NCBI GenBank assembly: GCA_012295275.1
Contig: CM022676.1
Coordinates: forward strand, 6,510,001-6,574,000
Source: Chrysomallon squamiferum
Lineage: Eukaryota; Animalia; Mollusca
DNA length: 64,000 nt
Direction of reading: 5' to 3'
Shown here: positions 1-14,036 of the stretch, in pieces
Layout: each line of letters opens with the position of its first letter
How positions within the stretch are numbered: the stretch's first letter is position 1
Position numbers and translations under genes: made by a program
Notes under the pieces: generated by a model
What the model was told of the DNA's origin: nothing
Database searches by the model: none
What the model saw: only the letters and a program-made list of their open reading frames with translations

Positions 1-196
1 GTGCCCGTCGCAGACGTGCTTCACAACAGCTTGCTCTGATTAGCACGTTAATTTTTTTCCATTCCATTCCATTCCAGGTCAGACAACACAGTCTGATCAC
101 TGAGTGAAACCGAACCAGATTTATTTATATTTTTAGTATCACTGAGTGTGTTAATTTTATCGATATTCACGATGAACTCTTAGTAGTGTCTGCATG

Positions 197-276
<80 letters not shown>

Positions 277-1050
277 CAATAGTTAGACCGTCCGCCCATC
301 TTTATATATATATTTTTTTTTAATGTGTTCTCGCTTTGTCTGTATTTGTTTCAGAACGATTGAATGTCGAGTTATGCAAGAAACTAAATAAGCTGAATAT
401 GCACAGTCAATGAAAAAAAAAAAAAAAATTGTCACGTTGAGAAAATTGACAGCTTGTGCCATTTCGAGTACAACGACCTGCACATTCAGACTTTAGCTGT
501 TACCTTGAAAGATGATTCTGAAATAGAAAGGCGTGTTTTTATGTTGGTTTTTCTTTTCTTCTTTTTATAAAAATGTTTATCTTAGAACTTTTATTATCAA
601 AATATAAAAACATGCGCCTCAGAATGGGTAAATATGATTTTTTTTTTGTTCAGAGTTTGAAAACTCGTGTTTGTAAAGAAACAACAAGCTTGCTGTTCGT
701 TGAACTGGAAGGAGAGAGAATCTGTTTAAATTATTTCTTCAAATCTGGGAAGGTACGTTTAAACAAACAATAGGATTACTGTCTTGTAAACATTTCGTGA
801 CGACAGAATTATCGGCCTTTGAATAACAAACAAAGAAGACATATATACATACATACATACATAGACGTGCATGCATACATACATTAATTAATTATTTTAT
901 TATTATTATAATTGCATTATGTATGTATATGGGTTTTTGTGTGTATATGTGTTGCTGAATCACAAGAAGTGTCACATCTGATCTCCAAAAATCTGCGCAT
1001 ACATCACGAATACGTCATGTTTCGTAGATTACCTCGTTTACTAAACAACC

Positions 1051-1088
<38 letters not shown>

Positions 1089-1123
1089 TTTAAATCTGAG
1101 AACTTTTAAATTTGGCTGCATTC

Positions 1124-1206
<83 letters not shown>

Positions 1207-1336
1207 GCACACACACACACACATACGTACATGCGTATATTACATTTACATTTACTATCAGAAAGAAAATAAAAGAAATATTACTTACTGTAGATCACTA
1301 AATAATTATACAAAAACACCAGAAGAAAAAGAAAAC

Positions 1337-1433
<97 letters not shown>

Positions 1434-1704
1434 TCGTACTAAATATGACATGTAAATTAAGGTCTCGATTTTAGATATGAATGCAACATGGTGCGCTCAA
1501 CCATTTCTAATGTTCACGCAAACGCTATTAAGACAACGCAATGAATACTCACAGAATCAACACACACCGTGCTGTTAAAAATAAATGAACCTGCCTCATC
1601 AGAACGCTGGGTGTGGCCCGGACACGGTCAGGGATCAGAATAAATACCGATTACGTTCACAGCGATTTTTCTGTTTGTTGACGTAAAACAGCATTCATTC
1701 ATTT

Positions 1705-2290
<586 letters not shown>

Positions 2291-2334
2291 TTGTCTAAGT
2301 CATTGCATGTTTGTGTCTCGCTACAAAATGTGTG

Positions 2335-2375
<41 letters not shown>

Positions 2376-3150
2376 GGGTGTTTTTATACTGTTGTTATTC
2401 ATTTATTTGTTTTCACTTTGAAATTAGTAAGCTTTATAACCCAAATACAAACGTAAGAATGCGGCTTTCCCAGTATTTTCGGAATATGTAATTATTCATT
2501 ACGTCAGACCTTCGTGTGTCTGCAAAACTTTAATTTTTAATTTTAATTGTTTGTTTGAAGTGTCTTCCCTGTCACGATCTGGCAATTTGACAACATGAAC
2601 TGATATTTAGAGAAATTATTTTTATTTTTTTATTTTTTTATTTTCTTTTCAGTGACTGTGCCTTTTCAGTATAATCAGTTGGGTGTGGATCGCAAGATGC
2701 AGTCGCTTTCGTTCAGAAATAATAGCGACAAAAATAAACAGAGACAAATATAGAAACAGCGATATAATAATAATAATAATAAAATATATATATATAAATA
2801 AGTATGCGATTGTGACTAGATAGAAAGATAGTATCACGGATGGATAGACAGATACAGAAAAAAGAGAGAGAGAAAGACAGAGAGAAAGATACGTTAGTGT
2901 ATGTGTATGTGTATGTGTATGTGTGCATATGAATATAATTATCTGACTACTTTATCTTTCCCTCTGTGTTTCTCTCTCTCGCTCTGTCTATCCAACAGTG
3001 AGACTGTCCGCCCATCTGTCTATCTAGTCATACGCGCATATATATATATATATAAATAAACATGCAAGAAACTGAATTTAATAGATTCAAATTAGTACTC
3101 TTAAAATATTCTGCTTTATCTTTATTAATTCGTTAAAATTCTTTAAATAG

Positions 3151-3233
<83 letters not shown>

Positions 3234-3555
3234 ATAAACAGGATGAAAGGAAACGAATAAAAGTATAAAAGCTTGATTTTATGTAAACGATAATGACAAA
3301 ATAATATATCGAATGAAAATCAAATAAAGCAAAGTAAAGAATATATTTTTATTTAACAGATATTCAGCACACCTGTACAGGTATATAATAACGAACGTCT
3401 GGGCTAAAGCCTCATTTTAAACCGTTCAACGCGCATGTCACATACACAAGAATACTGCAGCGAGCATTTGAGCGTAGCGTAGCGTAACAGGTTTAATTTC
3501 GTTTCGGTACAAACACTCGGGTTAAAGAAACAGTCAGTCAAGCGCGACAAGCTTA

Positions 3556-3993
3556 AAAGTACCTCGACTTACGACTTTTAAATCGTTCCGTGACCGAGTT
3601 TGTAACTCAGTTTGCTCGTATATCAAATCAGTTTTCCCCAAACGAAATTAACTGAAATAGCATTAATCTACGATTTCGTGCATTAATTCAATGGACGTCA
3701 TCCGCTTCTTCTTCTCGGCGCTGTCCTTTGCAATCACTTTCTTAGGAAATCGTGGAAATTTGGCAAAGTACTGCACAGAACGCGAGAACAGCACGACAGA
3801 GATGCTTCAGCGGCGAGGTAACCACGTGAAGCGAACGAGTGAGACGCGGGATGCTGGGCGGATGTTGTGTTGTTCGTTGCGCCAACGAATGCGGCGTACC
3901 TGGAGCTCGCTCGTAACTCAGATTTTTGCTCGCAACTCAAAGCGAAAGGTAAACTCGTAAGTCGGAGCACTCGTAACTCGAGGTACCGCTGTA
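3556..3993 (-). mobile_element. Non-autonomous Tigger/pogo (Tc1-mariner superfamily) deletion derivative
   Basis: Terminal inverted repeats GTACCTCGACTTACGA (3559-3574) and TCGTAACTCGAGGTAC (3971-3986) match at 15/16 positions. The right end is ..CGCTG followed by TA. The minus strand at ~3665-3746 encodes PKKVIAKDSAEKKKRMTSIELMHEIVD*, resembling a Tigger transposase N-terminus. Confidence 0.8.
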
Positions 3994-4087
3994 GTCAGAT
4001 TTAAAAATATTTGAAAAAATTAAAATATAATAATAAAATAAAAAAAATAAAATAATAATAATAAAATAAAATAAAATAAATAAATAA

Positions 4088-4118
<31 letters not shown>

Positions 4119-4449
4119 TAACAATATAATAATAATAGTGGTAGTAGTAAAAAAAATAATAATGAAATAATGTACTGTCTCCAGTGATCTATAATCTTTA
4201 ATGTCATTTGATTAAACTCTGTTTTATCTTCAGTGTTACTGTTACGATTACTCTTGCAGCTTCTCATATATCGCCCAGCCTTTCACAGAAATAGTATTGT
4301 GTCTACAGTGTGGGCAAATTACTATCTCTGATATCATCTTATATATATATAGTTTTTTTCTCGAAATGAAAAACCGAGGGTTTCATATTAATGTATGAGA
4401 GAACTACTCCGTTCTGCTCAGCGTTCATTTGAGTTATTTCCCTTTACAA

Positions 4450-4491
<42 letters not shown>

Positions 4492-5574
4492 ACACAAAAG
4501 CACACAAATGCATACATATGAACACAACTGAATTAGTTATCAACCGTATTCTTCTTCTTCTTATAATAATTATTATTATTATTATTATTATTATTGTATG
4601 TAATGTATTTTAGGATTTAAAGACTACCTGTCTTATTACAGTATTCGGGAACGCACTGGCGCAGGAGGACAAAGAGCAACCACGACCTCACAAACTCCTT
4701 ACATTTTTTTTTTACAATAACATATCGGATGAAAATTAAATAAGCTGTAGCGTAACGAATTAAAAAACCCACAGTGTACACAAGAACGTAAACGGTTGAA
4801 CGAGCATGTGACGTAAACAAGACTAATACAGGGAGCTTATCAGTTGCAGCGTAACAAATTGAAAAAAAAACCCCAGTGTACACAACGACGTAAACGGTTG
4901 AACGAGCATGTGACGTAGACAGGTTAGCAGCAGTGCAACAAATTAAAAAGTTCTCAGATTTAAAAAAAAAAGAAAGAAATAATAATAATAATAATAATAA
5001 AATAGAATAAAACTGGGTTCAGTAAATACAGCTATCTGTGAAGCATGACGTAACACTTCGCCTTACATAGTATTTTTCGGAATATATTATTATTGCCTTT
5101 ATGTGAAACAGTCGTGTATCTGCAGAGTTTTGCTTTTCAGCAAGACAGTATGTCTACTGTTCGTTTGAACGTTACCGTCACTAATACGAAAAGAAAAAAG
5201 AAAAATCTAAATAGATTCTCTCTTCTTCAGGTTTAACTAACAGCAGGCATATTGTTGTTTCTTTTTACAAGCGCGAGTTTTCAAGCACTGAACAGTTGTT
5301 TTTTTTACAAAATCAGAGCTATGTGAAGCGTATGCTTAACATTTTGATAAAAAAAAAGATAAAAAAAAAAAGAAGTTATTACGTTCTTAGTATAAAAGTT
5401 ATATAAAAAAGTTATATATAAAGTTATAAAAAAAGGAAAGAAAAGAAAAGAAAAAGAATAACAACAGCATAAAAACACCCATTCTATTTCAAAATCATCT
5501 TTTCAAGTAATAGTTCCAGTGATTCTATTTTCAGCATATTCAGTTGGGTGCATTTCTCAAGATGCAATCGCAGT

Positions 5575-5610
<36 letters not shown>

Positions 5611-6274
5611 GAGACAAATTGTACAGAGACAAATACAGAAACAGCGATATAATAAAATAAAAAAAATAAAAAATATATATAAAGATGGGCGGACAGTCAG
5701 AGTGCAGATGTATCCGACTATTTCTAATGTTCATGCGAACAGTAGTAAGAATACATCATGAATAATCCTAAAATTAATGCTAAAAATATAAATTAATCTG
5801 GTTCAGTCATGTCCTTCTTTGAGACTCTGTTGTTGTCCTCAAATGAAAACGGAAAGAAATCGAAGACATTAACGTCTAGCATTTTGTAGAGAGAAAAGGA
5901 TGGAATATTAACGATAGTAATCACTTTGTTCTTTTTCTAATCACAAAATATTAGTGTCTTTGTGTATTTTTCATTATAAAATAATTTTGAATGATCCAAA
6001 AAAATAACAACAACAACAAAAAACCCCAACAAAAAAATTAAAAAAAAATTCGATAATTACTGAGATATATAATCAAATAAATTACGCTCTTTTTTTCATT
6101 TTTCGCAAATGTATTTATCTACATAATGATGCATGTCCAGGACGTCTTGGTTACAGTTAGTTGTAGGTCTTTTGCATTTTGATTTACTGCTTGGCAATTA
6201 GCGATATTAAACTGATTACAATATCGTTTTCAGAATGATTTCGGTTACCTAAAATTATCGTTTCTGTATTTATT

Positions 6275-6320
<46 letters not shown>

Positions 6321-6977
6321 GCAGAAGAAGAAGAAGAAGAAGAAGAAGAAGAATACGGGTGATAACAGTAATTCAGTTATGTTCATATGTATGCATTTTT
6401 GTGTGTGTGTGTGTGTGTGTGTGTCTCACATTTGGTATAAAAAATATCCGGTTTGTAATAGTGTTCGAAAATGTCTGAACATATTTTTATAACAAAAAAT
6501 GTGCATTAACTGTTCACTACACATATGAGAAAATTCACATTTATCTGGATCTTTTCTACCATATAATAAAAAAATGTCTGAACACGTTTATATAACCAAC
6601 AAAATAATGTCCATTAAATCTTCAGTAATCAGTTATCCATGTAATACACAATGCTTGTGTGTTGTTAAGATAAGTAACCAGATCTTGTATTGAAAATATC
6701 TCAGTTAGCTTGAACGGAAAAAGATTATTAATACTGCATGATCCAGTCAGCTGAACAGACATGTTGTTTGTTTGTTTATCACACAATGGATTCTCAAACG
6801 TAATTTAAACGATCCAGTTATATTTGTTGTTTATCTCTTTTCACAAATCATTCACAAAGAACGAAAAACATCTTGTTTGTTTATAATCTTGGAGTTTAAA
6901 ACAGTTCATACAAACCATTTAATCATGTTTGTTCGTCTGTTGTAAAGCTTCACAAATCTTTACTTATTTCGGTTATT

Positions 6978-7757
6978 TTAGATTCCATAAATTTTATATT
7001 TCAGCTCGAGACATAAGTAAACAAAAAACGAGGCTCCGCACTGAACAACAATTGAAAAAACTGTGAGAAGAACAAAGGGATTTTCTTGATCATCGGGGAA
7101 GACAAAATGCAGAGCAAGAGTTGAAGCAAATACGGGATACGTGACGCAGGCTACCATAGCGTTACAAATGACAAAATCTGTAAACTGTTTGTAACGTTCG
7201 TGTGTGTGTATATTGATCTCACGCCCGGGCACGAGGGTCATCTTCTTGTTCAGTAATCTTTTTATTTCAATGGACAAAAACACGATTCCAGCCTGCGGCA
7301 GAAGAAACAAGAGAATTATTTCCAATAAATAAACTTGCATTTTCCAGATGTTTTCTAACTCCAGATTCAGAAGAGATTTCAGAATGACACCACAAGGAAA
7401 AATGGCGCAAATGGCAACAAATAACGGAAGGAGCTTTCCACGAATTTCGCCAAAACGAGACTGACAGAATATCTTCTTCGTTTTCAGTTCCAAGGTCGAC
7501 AATTCCGTTGTCAGGGAAACCAAGTTACACAGAGAGGAGTGCACTGAAGACATCAGTACGAGAATGTGTAAGACGTCGAATGTTAAATTTTGCATCGAGA
7601 CACACACATACAAGACGACGAGAGCTAAGGTGTCCAGAACTGCACGTTCGATGACGTAAAATGAGGAGGGAATCTTCAACTTTGTAAACAACATTAAACA
7701 AACTGAGCAGTTTCCCAGAATGCCTGCCGAGATGAAAATGTCCAACCAAAGTGACAT
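6978..7757 (-). CDS. Intronless, compact class A (rhodopsin-like) GPCR-like 7TM protein, 259 aa (copy 1); possible chemosensory or orphan peptide-receptor-like
   Basis: Non-repetitive ORF with seven hydrophobic segments. It carries degenerate class A landmarks: TM1 GILGN, TM2 RAVLD (LAxxD-like), TM3 SLCNLVSLTTEL (DRY lost), TM5 FLLP, TM6 VTYP and TM7 ASFFVY (NPxxY-like). Two paralogs lie in the window. Confidence 0.8.
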   Translation of the reverse strand: MSLWLDIFISAGILGNCSVCLMLFTKLKIPSSFYVIERAVLDTLALVVLYVCVSMQNLTFDVLHILVLMSSVHSSLCNLVSLTTELSTLELKTKKIFCQSRFGEIRGKLLPLFVAICAIFPCGVILKSLLNLELENIWKMQVYLLEIILLFLLPQAGIVFLSIEIKRLLNKKMTLVPGREINIHTHERYKQFTDFVICNAMVACVTYPVFASTLALHFVFPDDQENPFVLLTVFSIVVQCGASFFVYLCLELKYKIYGI

Positions 7758-7888
7758 ATCAGCGTGTATTATATTATATTATATTATATTACTTTTTTTT
7801 TTCCTATCAGATCTTTGGCTTTTTTCCTGATAAAAATGTTTGTTTCGGATTTCTGTTTTTCTGTTCTTACTTCCTTTTGATTGTTGTT

Positions 7889-7927
<39 letters not shown>

Positions 7928-8207
7928 TTGTTGTTGTTGTTTTTTGATAAAATGAAGTTCAGAGTCTTTCTGTTTTTGTCGGGTTCCTTGTTTTTTTTTT
8001 GTTTTTTTTTTTTCTGTTTTCACTTTCTTTTGATTTTTTTTTAATATCTTGATAAAAATGAAGTTCAGTGTCTTTCTGTGCACAAAACTATTTATTGTCT
8101 TCTCAGTTTTAATACTCTGTAAGAACGATAATAAAACAAGAAGAAATAATAACTAAATAATTGTATTAACAACAACCGAAATTGTAAAAAAAAAAAAATA
8201 ATAATAA

Positions 8208-8256
<49 letters not shown>

Positions 8257-9019
8257 ATAAAATGAAATCGAAAATAAGATTAAAACAAATAGATATAATT
8301 TTAAATTTTTAAAAATAAATTTATTAAAATTAAATAAATAAAATCAAATTTACCGTAGATGTGAAAAAAACAAACATTAAATGGACAAGTACATGATTTA
8401 GTACTAAGAGAAACACCAGGAATCATAATGAAATAATTAAATAGATCTAAATGTATATAGAATTAACTAACAAATAAAAAGTTGAAGAAGATAAAATATG
8501 ATAATAAATTTCTATCTACCGTACAAAACAAAAGAATAAATAGACGTTAATAAATCAAACAAACAAATAAACATATATAAAAATTAATAAATAAACAAAT
8601 AAACGAATAAACAAACAAACAAATAAATAAACAAATAAACAAAGAAACAACTAAATAAATAATTAAATAAACAAATAAACGAATAAAGAAACAACAAACA
8701 AATAAATAAATAAACAAATAAACAAATAAAGAAAGAAACAACTAAATAAATAAATAAATAAATAGATAAATAAATAAATAAATAAACAAAGAAAGAAAGA
8801 AACAACTAAATAAATAAATAAATAGATAAACAAATAAATAAATAAAGAAAGAAACAACTAAAGAAATAGATAAACAAACAAACAAACAAACAAACAAACA
8901 AACAAATAAATAAAATAAATCAATCAAATCAAATCTAACAAATAAAAATAAAAGTTACTTACTGTAGATTTCGAAACAGTAATATAACTCTACTAATTGT
9001 TTAAAAAAAAAAAAAAAAA

Positions 9020-9056
<37 letters not shown>

Positions 9057-9359
9057 TTTAATATTAAAAAATGTAAAAAAAAAAATGAAATTTAATATTC
9101 AAAAATGTAAACAATAAAATAAAATAAAATAAAATAAAATAAAATTACCGTCTCCGTAGATATGTCAAAATACAAAAATGGCGTATTCTGGACTTAGTGC
9201 TAGGAGAGAAAAATAAGCGTCACGTTAAACACAAGTTGCACACATTTTTTAAAAAGTAGTCCGTGGGACACCGAACAAAACGGTGAATACGACAACTGCA
9301 GTGACATCGTTCTCTTCGCCCCAGTGACCGCATTATTAAAACAGCTTCAGGCAGAAGAT

Positions 9360-9400
<41 letters not shown>

Positions 9401-9588
9401 AAATAAAATACCGTAAAAAAAAAAAAGCAGACGATAAAAAAAAAAAAAAAAAAAAAACTCAACCTCCAATTTTTTATTTATTTATTTATTATTATTTTTT
9501 AAATAAAGAAAACGTGTTCATTAAACTGAAGGAGACTCAACCTTTTGTCTGTACGTGTGTGTGTGTGTATGTGTGTGTGTGTGTGTGT

Positions 9589-9643
9589 CTGAGCAGTTTC
9601 CCAGAATGCCTGCTGAGATGAAAATGTTCAACCAAAGTGACAT
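9589..9643 (-). pseudogene. 5' fragment (18 codons, MSLWLNIFISAGILGNCS) of the 7TM gene, truncated at a (CA/GT)n tract
   Basis: Near-identical to ~13315-13369. The following sequence (~9650-9960) resembles ~13490-13870. Homology stops abruptly at the GT microsatellite 9555-9588. Confidence 0.8.
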
Positions 9644-10287
9644 ATTTTTTTTCTTTCACTTTGTCATTATCATAAATGCTGTTTTGCTTATTTATTTATT
9701 TTGGGGGAGTTTTCTAGATAAAAATGTTTTTATCGTTGTTGTTTTTTTTTTTTTTTTTTTTTTTTCCTTTGTTTTGATTTGTTTTTTCTTGTTAAAAATG
9801 AAGTCCAGTGTGTTTCTGTGCAGAAAAGTATTTTGGTGTCTTCTCAGTTTTAAAACTCTGGAAGAAAGATAAGAAAGAAAAAGAAATAATAACTCGGTAT
9901 GTTTTATATTCATAATTACTTCTTATAGTCTTGTTTAAGTTAGCGTACTACAACAACAACAACTACTACGACTAATGCTATTACTACTACTACTACTACT
10001 ACTACTACTGATATGAAATATCACTTAGTATGGCATTTCGCTTTTTAATGTCAGTTCTTGTTAACTTCTCATTATCTATTTTTTCTTCTTTCCTTCTTTC
10101 TTTTTTTCCCCCTTTCGTTGTAACATCTACAGTTTTGTCTTGTATATTTGACCTGTTTCGCTACTGTATTAGCGGGGGGGGGGTGAAATACTTTGTATTC
10201 ACAGTTTTGTAGAAATGTCGATCAGTGACCCATTACACTGACAAATCGAAATTGTTTATACAAATTGTGTTTTCATGCATATCCAGT

Positions 10288-10347
<60 letters not shown>

Positions 10348-10463
10348 CATAATATACTACTACTACTACTACTACTAATAAAAATAATAATAATAATAAT
10401 GGTAATGGTGATAGTAATAGTAATAATAATAATAGTAATATAATAGTAGTAATAATACTACTA

Positions 10464-10499
<36 letters not shown>

Positions 10500-11035
10500 G
10501 TAATGGTAATAGTAGTAGTAGTAGTAGTAATAATAATAATAATAATGGTAATGGAGATAGTAATAGTAACAGTAATATAATAGTAGTAATACTACTACTA
10601 CTACTACTATTACTACTACTACTACTAATAATAAATAACAGTAAGAATCACGGTAACATTAGCAATGGCAATAGTAACAATAATAACAGTAATAACAACA
10701 AGAATAACAATAACTACAAGCACCACCATCACTACCACCCCTACCACCACCCCCACCCGTACCACCCCCAACGAAAACAACAGCAATAACAGTACTAACA
10801 ACAACAACAACAACAACAACAACACAAAAATATTAATAATTAAAAACAGCGCTAATAACAGTGGTAATAATGACAGTAATAGGAGTAGTAACAACAACAA
10901 AACAGTTCGAACTGGCCCTAGGAACATAACATAATAATATCCTTTGAGAATATTTAGAAAACGAACAACAAGCTTTGCCATATGACCTAGACACAGTATG
11001 TTTATCATTATTCGTCATTTTATATGATAAATGAC

Positions 11036-11067
<32 letters not shown>

Positions 11068-11173
11068 TAGTAATAATAGTAATAATAATAATAAAAAGTA
11101 GTGATAATAATAATAACATAATAATAATAATAGTAATAATAATAACAGAAATAATAATAACATAATAATAATA

Positions 11174-11204
<31 letters not shown>

Positions 11205-11220
11205 TAGTAATAATAATAGC

Positions 11221-11255
<35 letters not shown>

Positions 11256-11268
11256 TAATAATAACAAC

Positions 11269-11316
<48 letters not shown>

Positions 11317-12589
11317 CATAATAATAACAGTAATAATAATTAAATAGAAATAAAAGCTATATGAAATACCTGCCACTTTTTAGTTTAACTGCTGTTCGGT
11401 GAACTTGTTTGACTAATAATATTGTAGATGATTCTCTCGTGCTCCACTCAAAATCCGTGATCTCTGACAAACGTTAAAATTCTGCCTCGGTCATATCACA
11501 AATCTGCACCCTTCAATGAACAACTAGTCTAAATTCACTTTAAAAATTTAAGCTCGGTTTAACGTTATGTAGGAAAACGTCATTCGAGGTGGTATATCAC
11601 ACAGCATGACGCTTCTATAATTGTGTTTTTACCAGAATCAAAAATATTAAAGAAAGCAAAGAAAAGAAAAGAAAAAAAAAAAAAAATTAAAAAGTCGATG
11701 CGAGAATGTCTCATACCACTGAGTTTTTGAAAGATGACAAACTGTTTCTTTCAAGCCTGGAAATAGGAGACGTGAATATGTCATAGAAATGTCGAGAATC
11801 TTCAGTGTTTAAGTTTCAGAAATATACTCTGACCCCACCCCCACCCCCCACCCCAAAAAAAACATATATATACGCACGTACAGGGCACCAACTTCAAAAG
11901 GTTGGAGGCATAAAGTCAGAAATGAAATTAAAATTAAAATTTGAAATGATCTTTGTTAACTTCATTATACAGATTGCTGCTTGCTCACGTAGTTAATCGC
12001 CATTTGTGAAAGGTCATTTTCAAAAGCTCAGATGAATAATAATAACAAGGTTTAAATAGAGAGAGAAAGAGAGAGAAAATAAGAGAGAAATCGAGAATGA
12101 GAGAGATAAAGATACCGAATGAGAAAGAGAGAATGAAAGAAATAAACAAAACTTCTTTCTGTCTGTGTGAATGATTTATGAAATGACATAAACAACAAAT
12201 ATGTATGTATGTATGTATGTATGTATGTGTGTATGTATCTATTTGTGTGTGTGTATTTACGTAAATTTATTACAAAATGCGAAAAGCTTTTCTACTTTGT
12301 TTATTCCATAAATTCCACGAAACCAACGAAATCCATCCACTTGTTTTTGTTTATTAATATTACAAAACAGTTACATGATCCAGTCAACTGAACAGACATT
12401 TTGTTTATTTGTTTATCACAAATGGATTATCAAACGTAATTTAAATGATCCAGTTATATTTGTTGTTTATCTCATTTCACAAATCATTCACAAATTCTAA
12501 TCTGGGATTTAAAACAGTTCATAAAAACCGTTTAGTCTGTTTGTTCGTCTGTTGTAAAGCTTCACAAATCTTTACTTATTTCGGTTATT

Positions 12590-13369
12590 TTAGATTCCAT
12601 AAATTTTATATTTCAGCTCCAGACATAAGTAAACAAAAAACGAGGCTCCGCACTGAACAACAATTGAAAAAACTGTGAGAAGAACAAAGGGATTTTCTTG
12701 ACCATCGGGGAAGAGAAAATGCAGAGCAAGAGTTGAAGCAAATACAGGATACGTGACGCAGGCTACCATAGCGTTACAAATGACAAAATCTGTAAACTGT
12801 TTGTAACGTTCGTGTGTGTGTATATTGATCTCACGCCCGGGCACGAGGGTCATCTTCTTGTTCAGTAATCTTTTTATTTCAATGGACAGAAACACGATTC
12901 CAGCCTGCGGCAGAAGAAACAAGAGAATTATTTCCAATAAATAAACTTGCATTTTCCAGATGTTTTCTAACTCCAGATTCAGAAGAGATTTCAGAACAAA
13001 AATTCAAGGGAAAATGGCGCAGACGGCGAAAAATGCCGGAACGAGCTTCCCGCGAATTTCGCCAAAACGAGACGGACAGAATATCTTCTTCGCTCGTAAT
13101 TCCAACGTCGACAATTCAGTCATCAGAGAAACCAAGTTACACAGAGAGGAGTGCACTGAAGACATCAGTACGAGAATATGTAAGACGTCGAATGTTAAAT
13201 TTTGCATCGAGACACAAACATACAAGACGACGAGAGCTAAGGTGTCCAGAACTGCACGTTCGATGACGTAAAATGAGGAGGGAATCTTCAACTTTGTAAA
13301 CAACATTAAACAAACTGAGCAGTTTCCCAGAATGCCTGCCGAGATGAAAATGTTCAACCAAAGTGACAT
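12590..13369 (-). pseudogene. Duplicate of the 7TM gene (copy 2): same 780-nt length and frame, with a single in-frame TGA at codon 122
   Basis: Track ORFs 13004..13369 and 12590..12952 share one frame and are colinear with 6978..7757 (offset 5612). The TGA at 13004-13006 aligns with TGT (Cys122) at 7392-7394. No indels. Confidence 0.75.
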
Positions 13370-13838
13370 ATCAGCGTGTGTTATATTATATTGTGTTGTA
13401 TTATAATTCTTATTTATGTGGTCATTAGGTGTTGATGTTTACGGTATCTCACATTCTAATATTCGAAATGTTGAGCGTTATGTTGATTTTTTTTCTTTCA
13501 CCTGATTGTTATTATCATGATTGTTGTTTCTGCTTCTTTGTTTGTTGTTTTGTATATTTTTTTCTATGTCTTCTTGGGTTTTTTTCTTGATAAAAATGTT
13601 TTTGTCAGGGTTTTTTTTCCTGTTTTGTCTTTGTTTTGATTTTTTGTTTCTTGATAAAAGTGAAGTTCAGTGTCTTTCTGTGCAGAAAAGTATGTAGTTT
13701 ATTCTCCTCTCAGTTTTAATACTTGTAAATCTGAGAAAAAAGAATAAAGAAGAAGAAATAATAACTCGGTATCTTTTATATTTGTACTTACTATTTATAG
13801 TCTTTTTAACGTTAACTACTAATACTACAACTGCTGCA

Positions 13839-13875
<37 letters not shown>

Positions 13876-13978
13876 TTAATAATAATAATAATAATGATGA
13901 TGATAATAATAGTATAAATATGAAAATTATGACTATGATAATAATGACGATGATGATAATAAAAATAACAACAACAAA

Positions 13979-14036
<58 letters not shown>

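Noticed and set aside
12300-12589. SECIS element for the in-frame TGA of 7TM copy 2
   Set aside because: An ATGA..AAA..GA pattern exists on the minus strand, but I could not form the required helix by eye.
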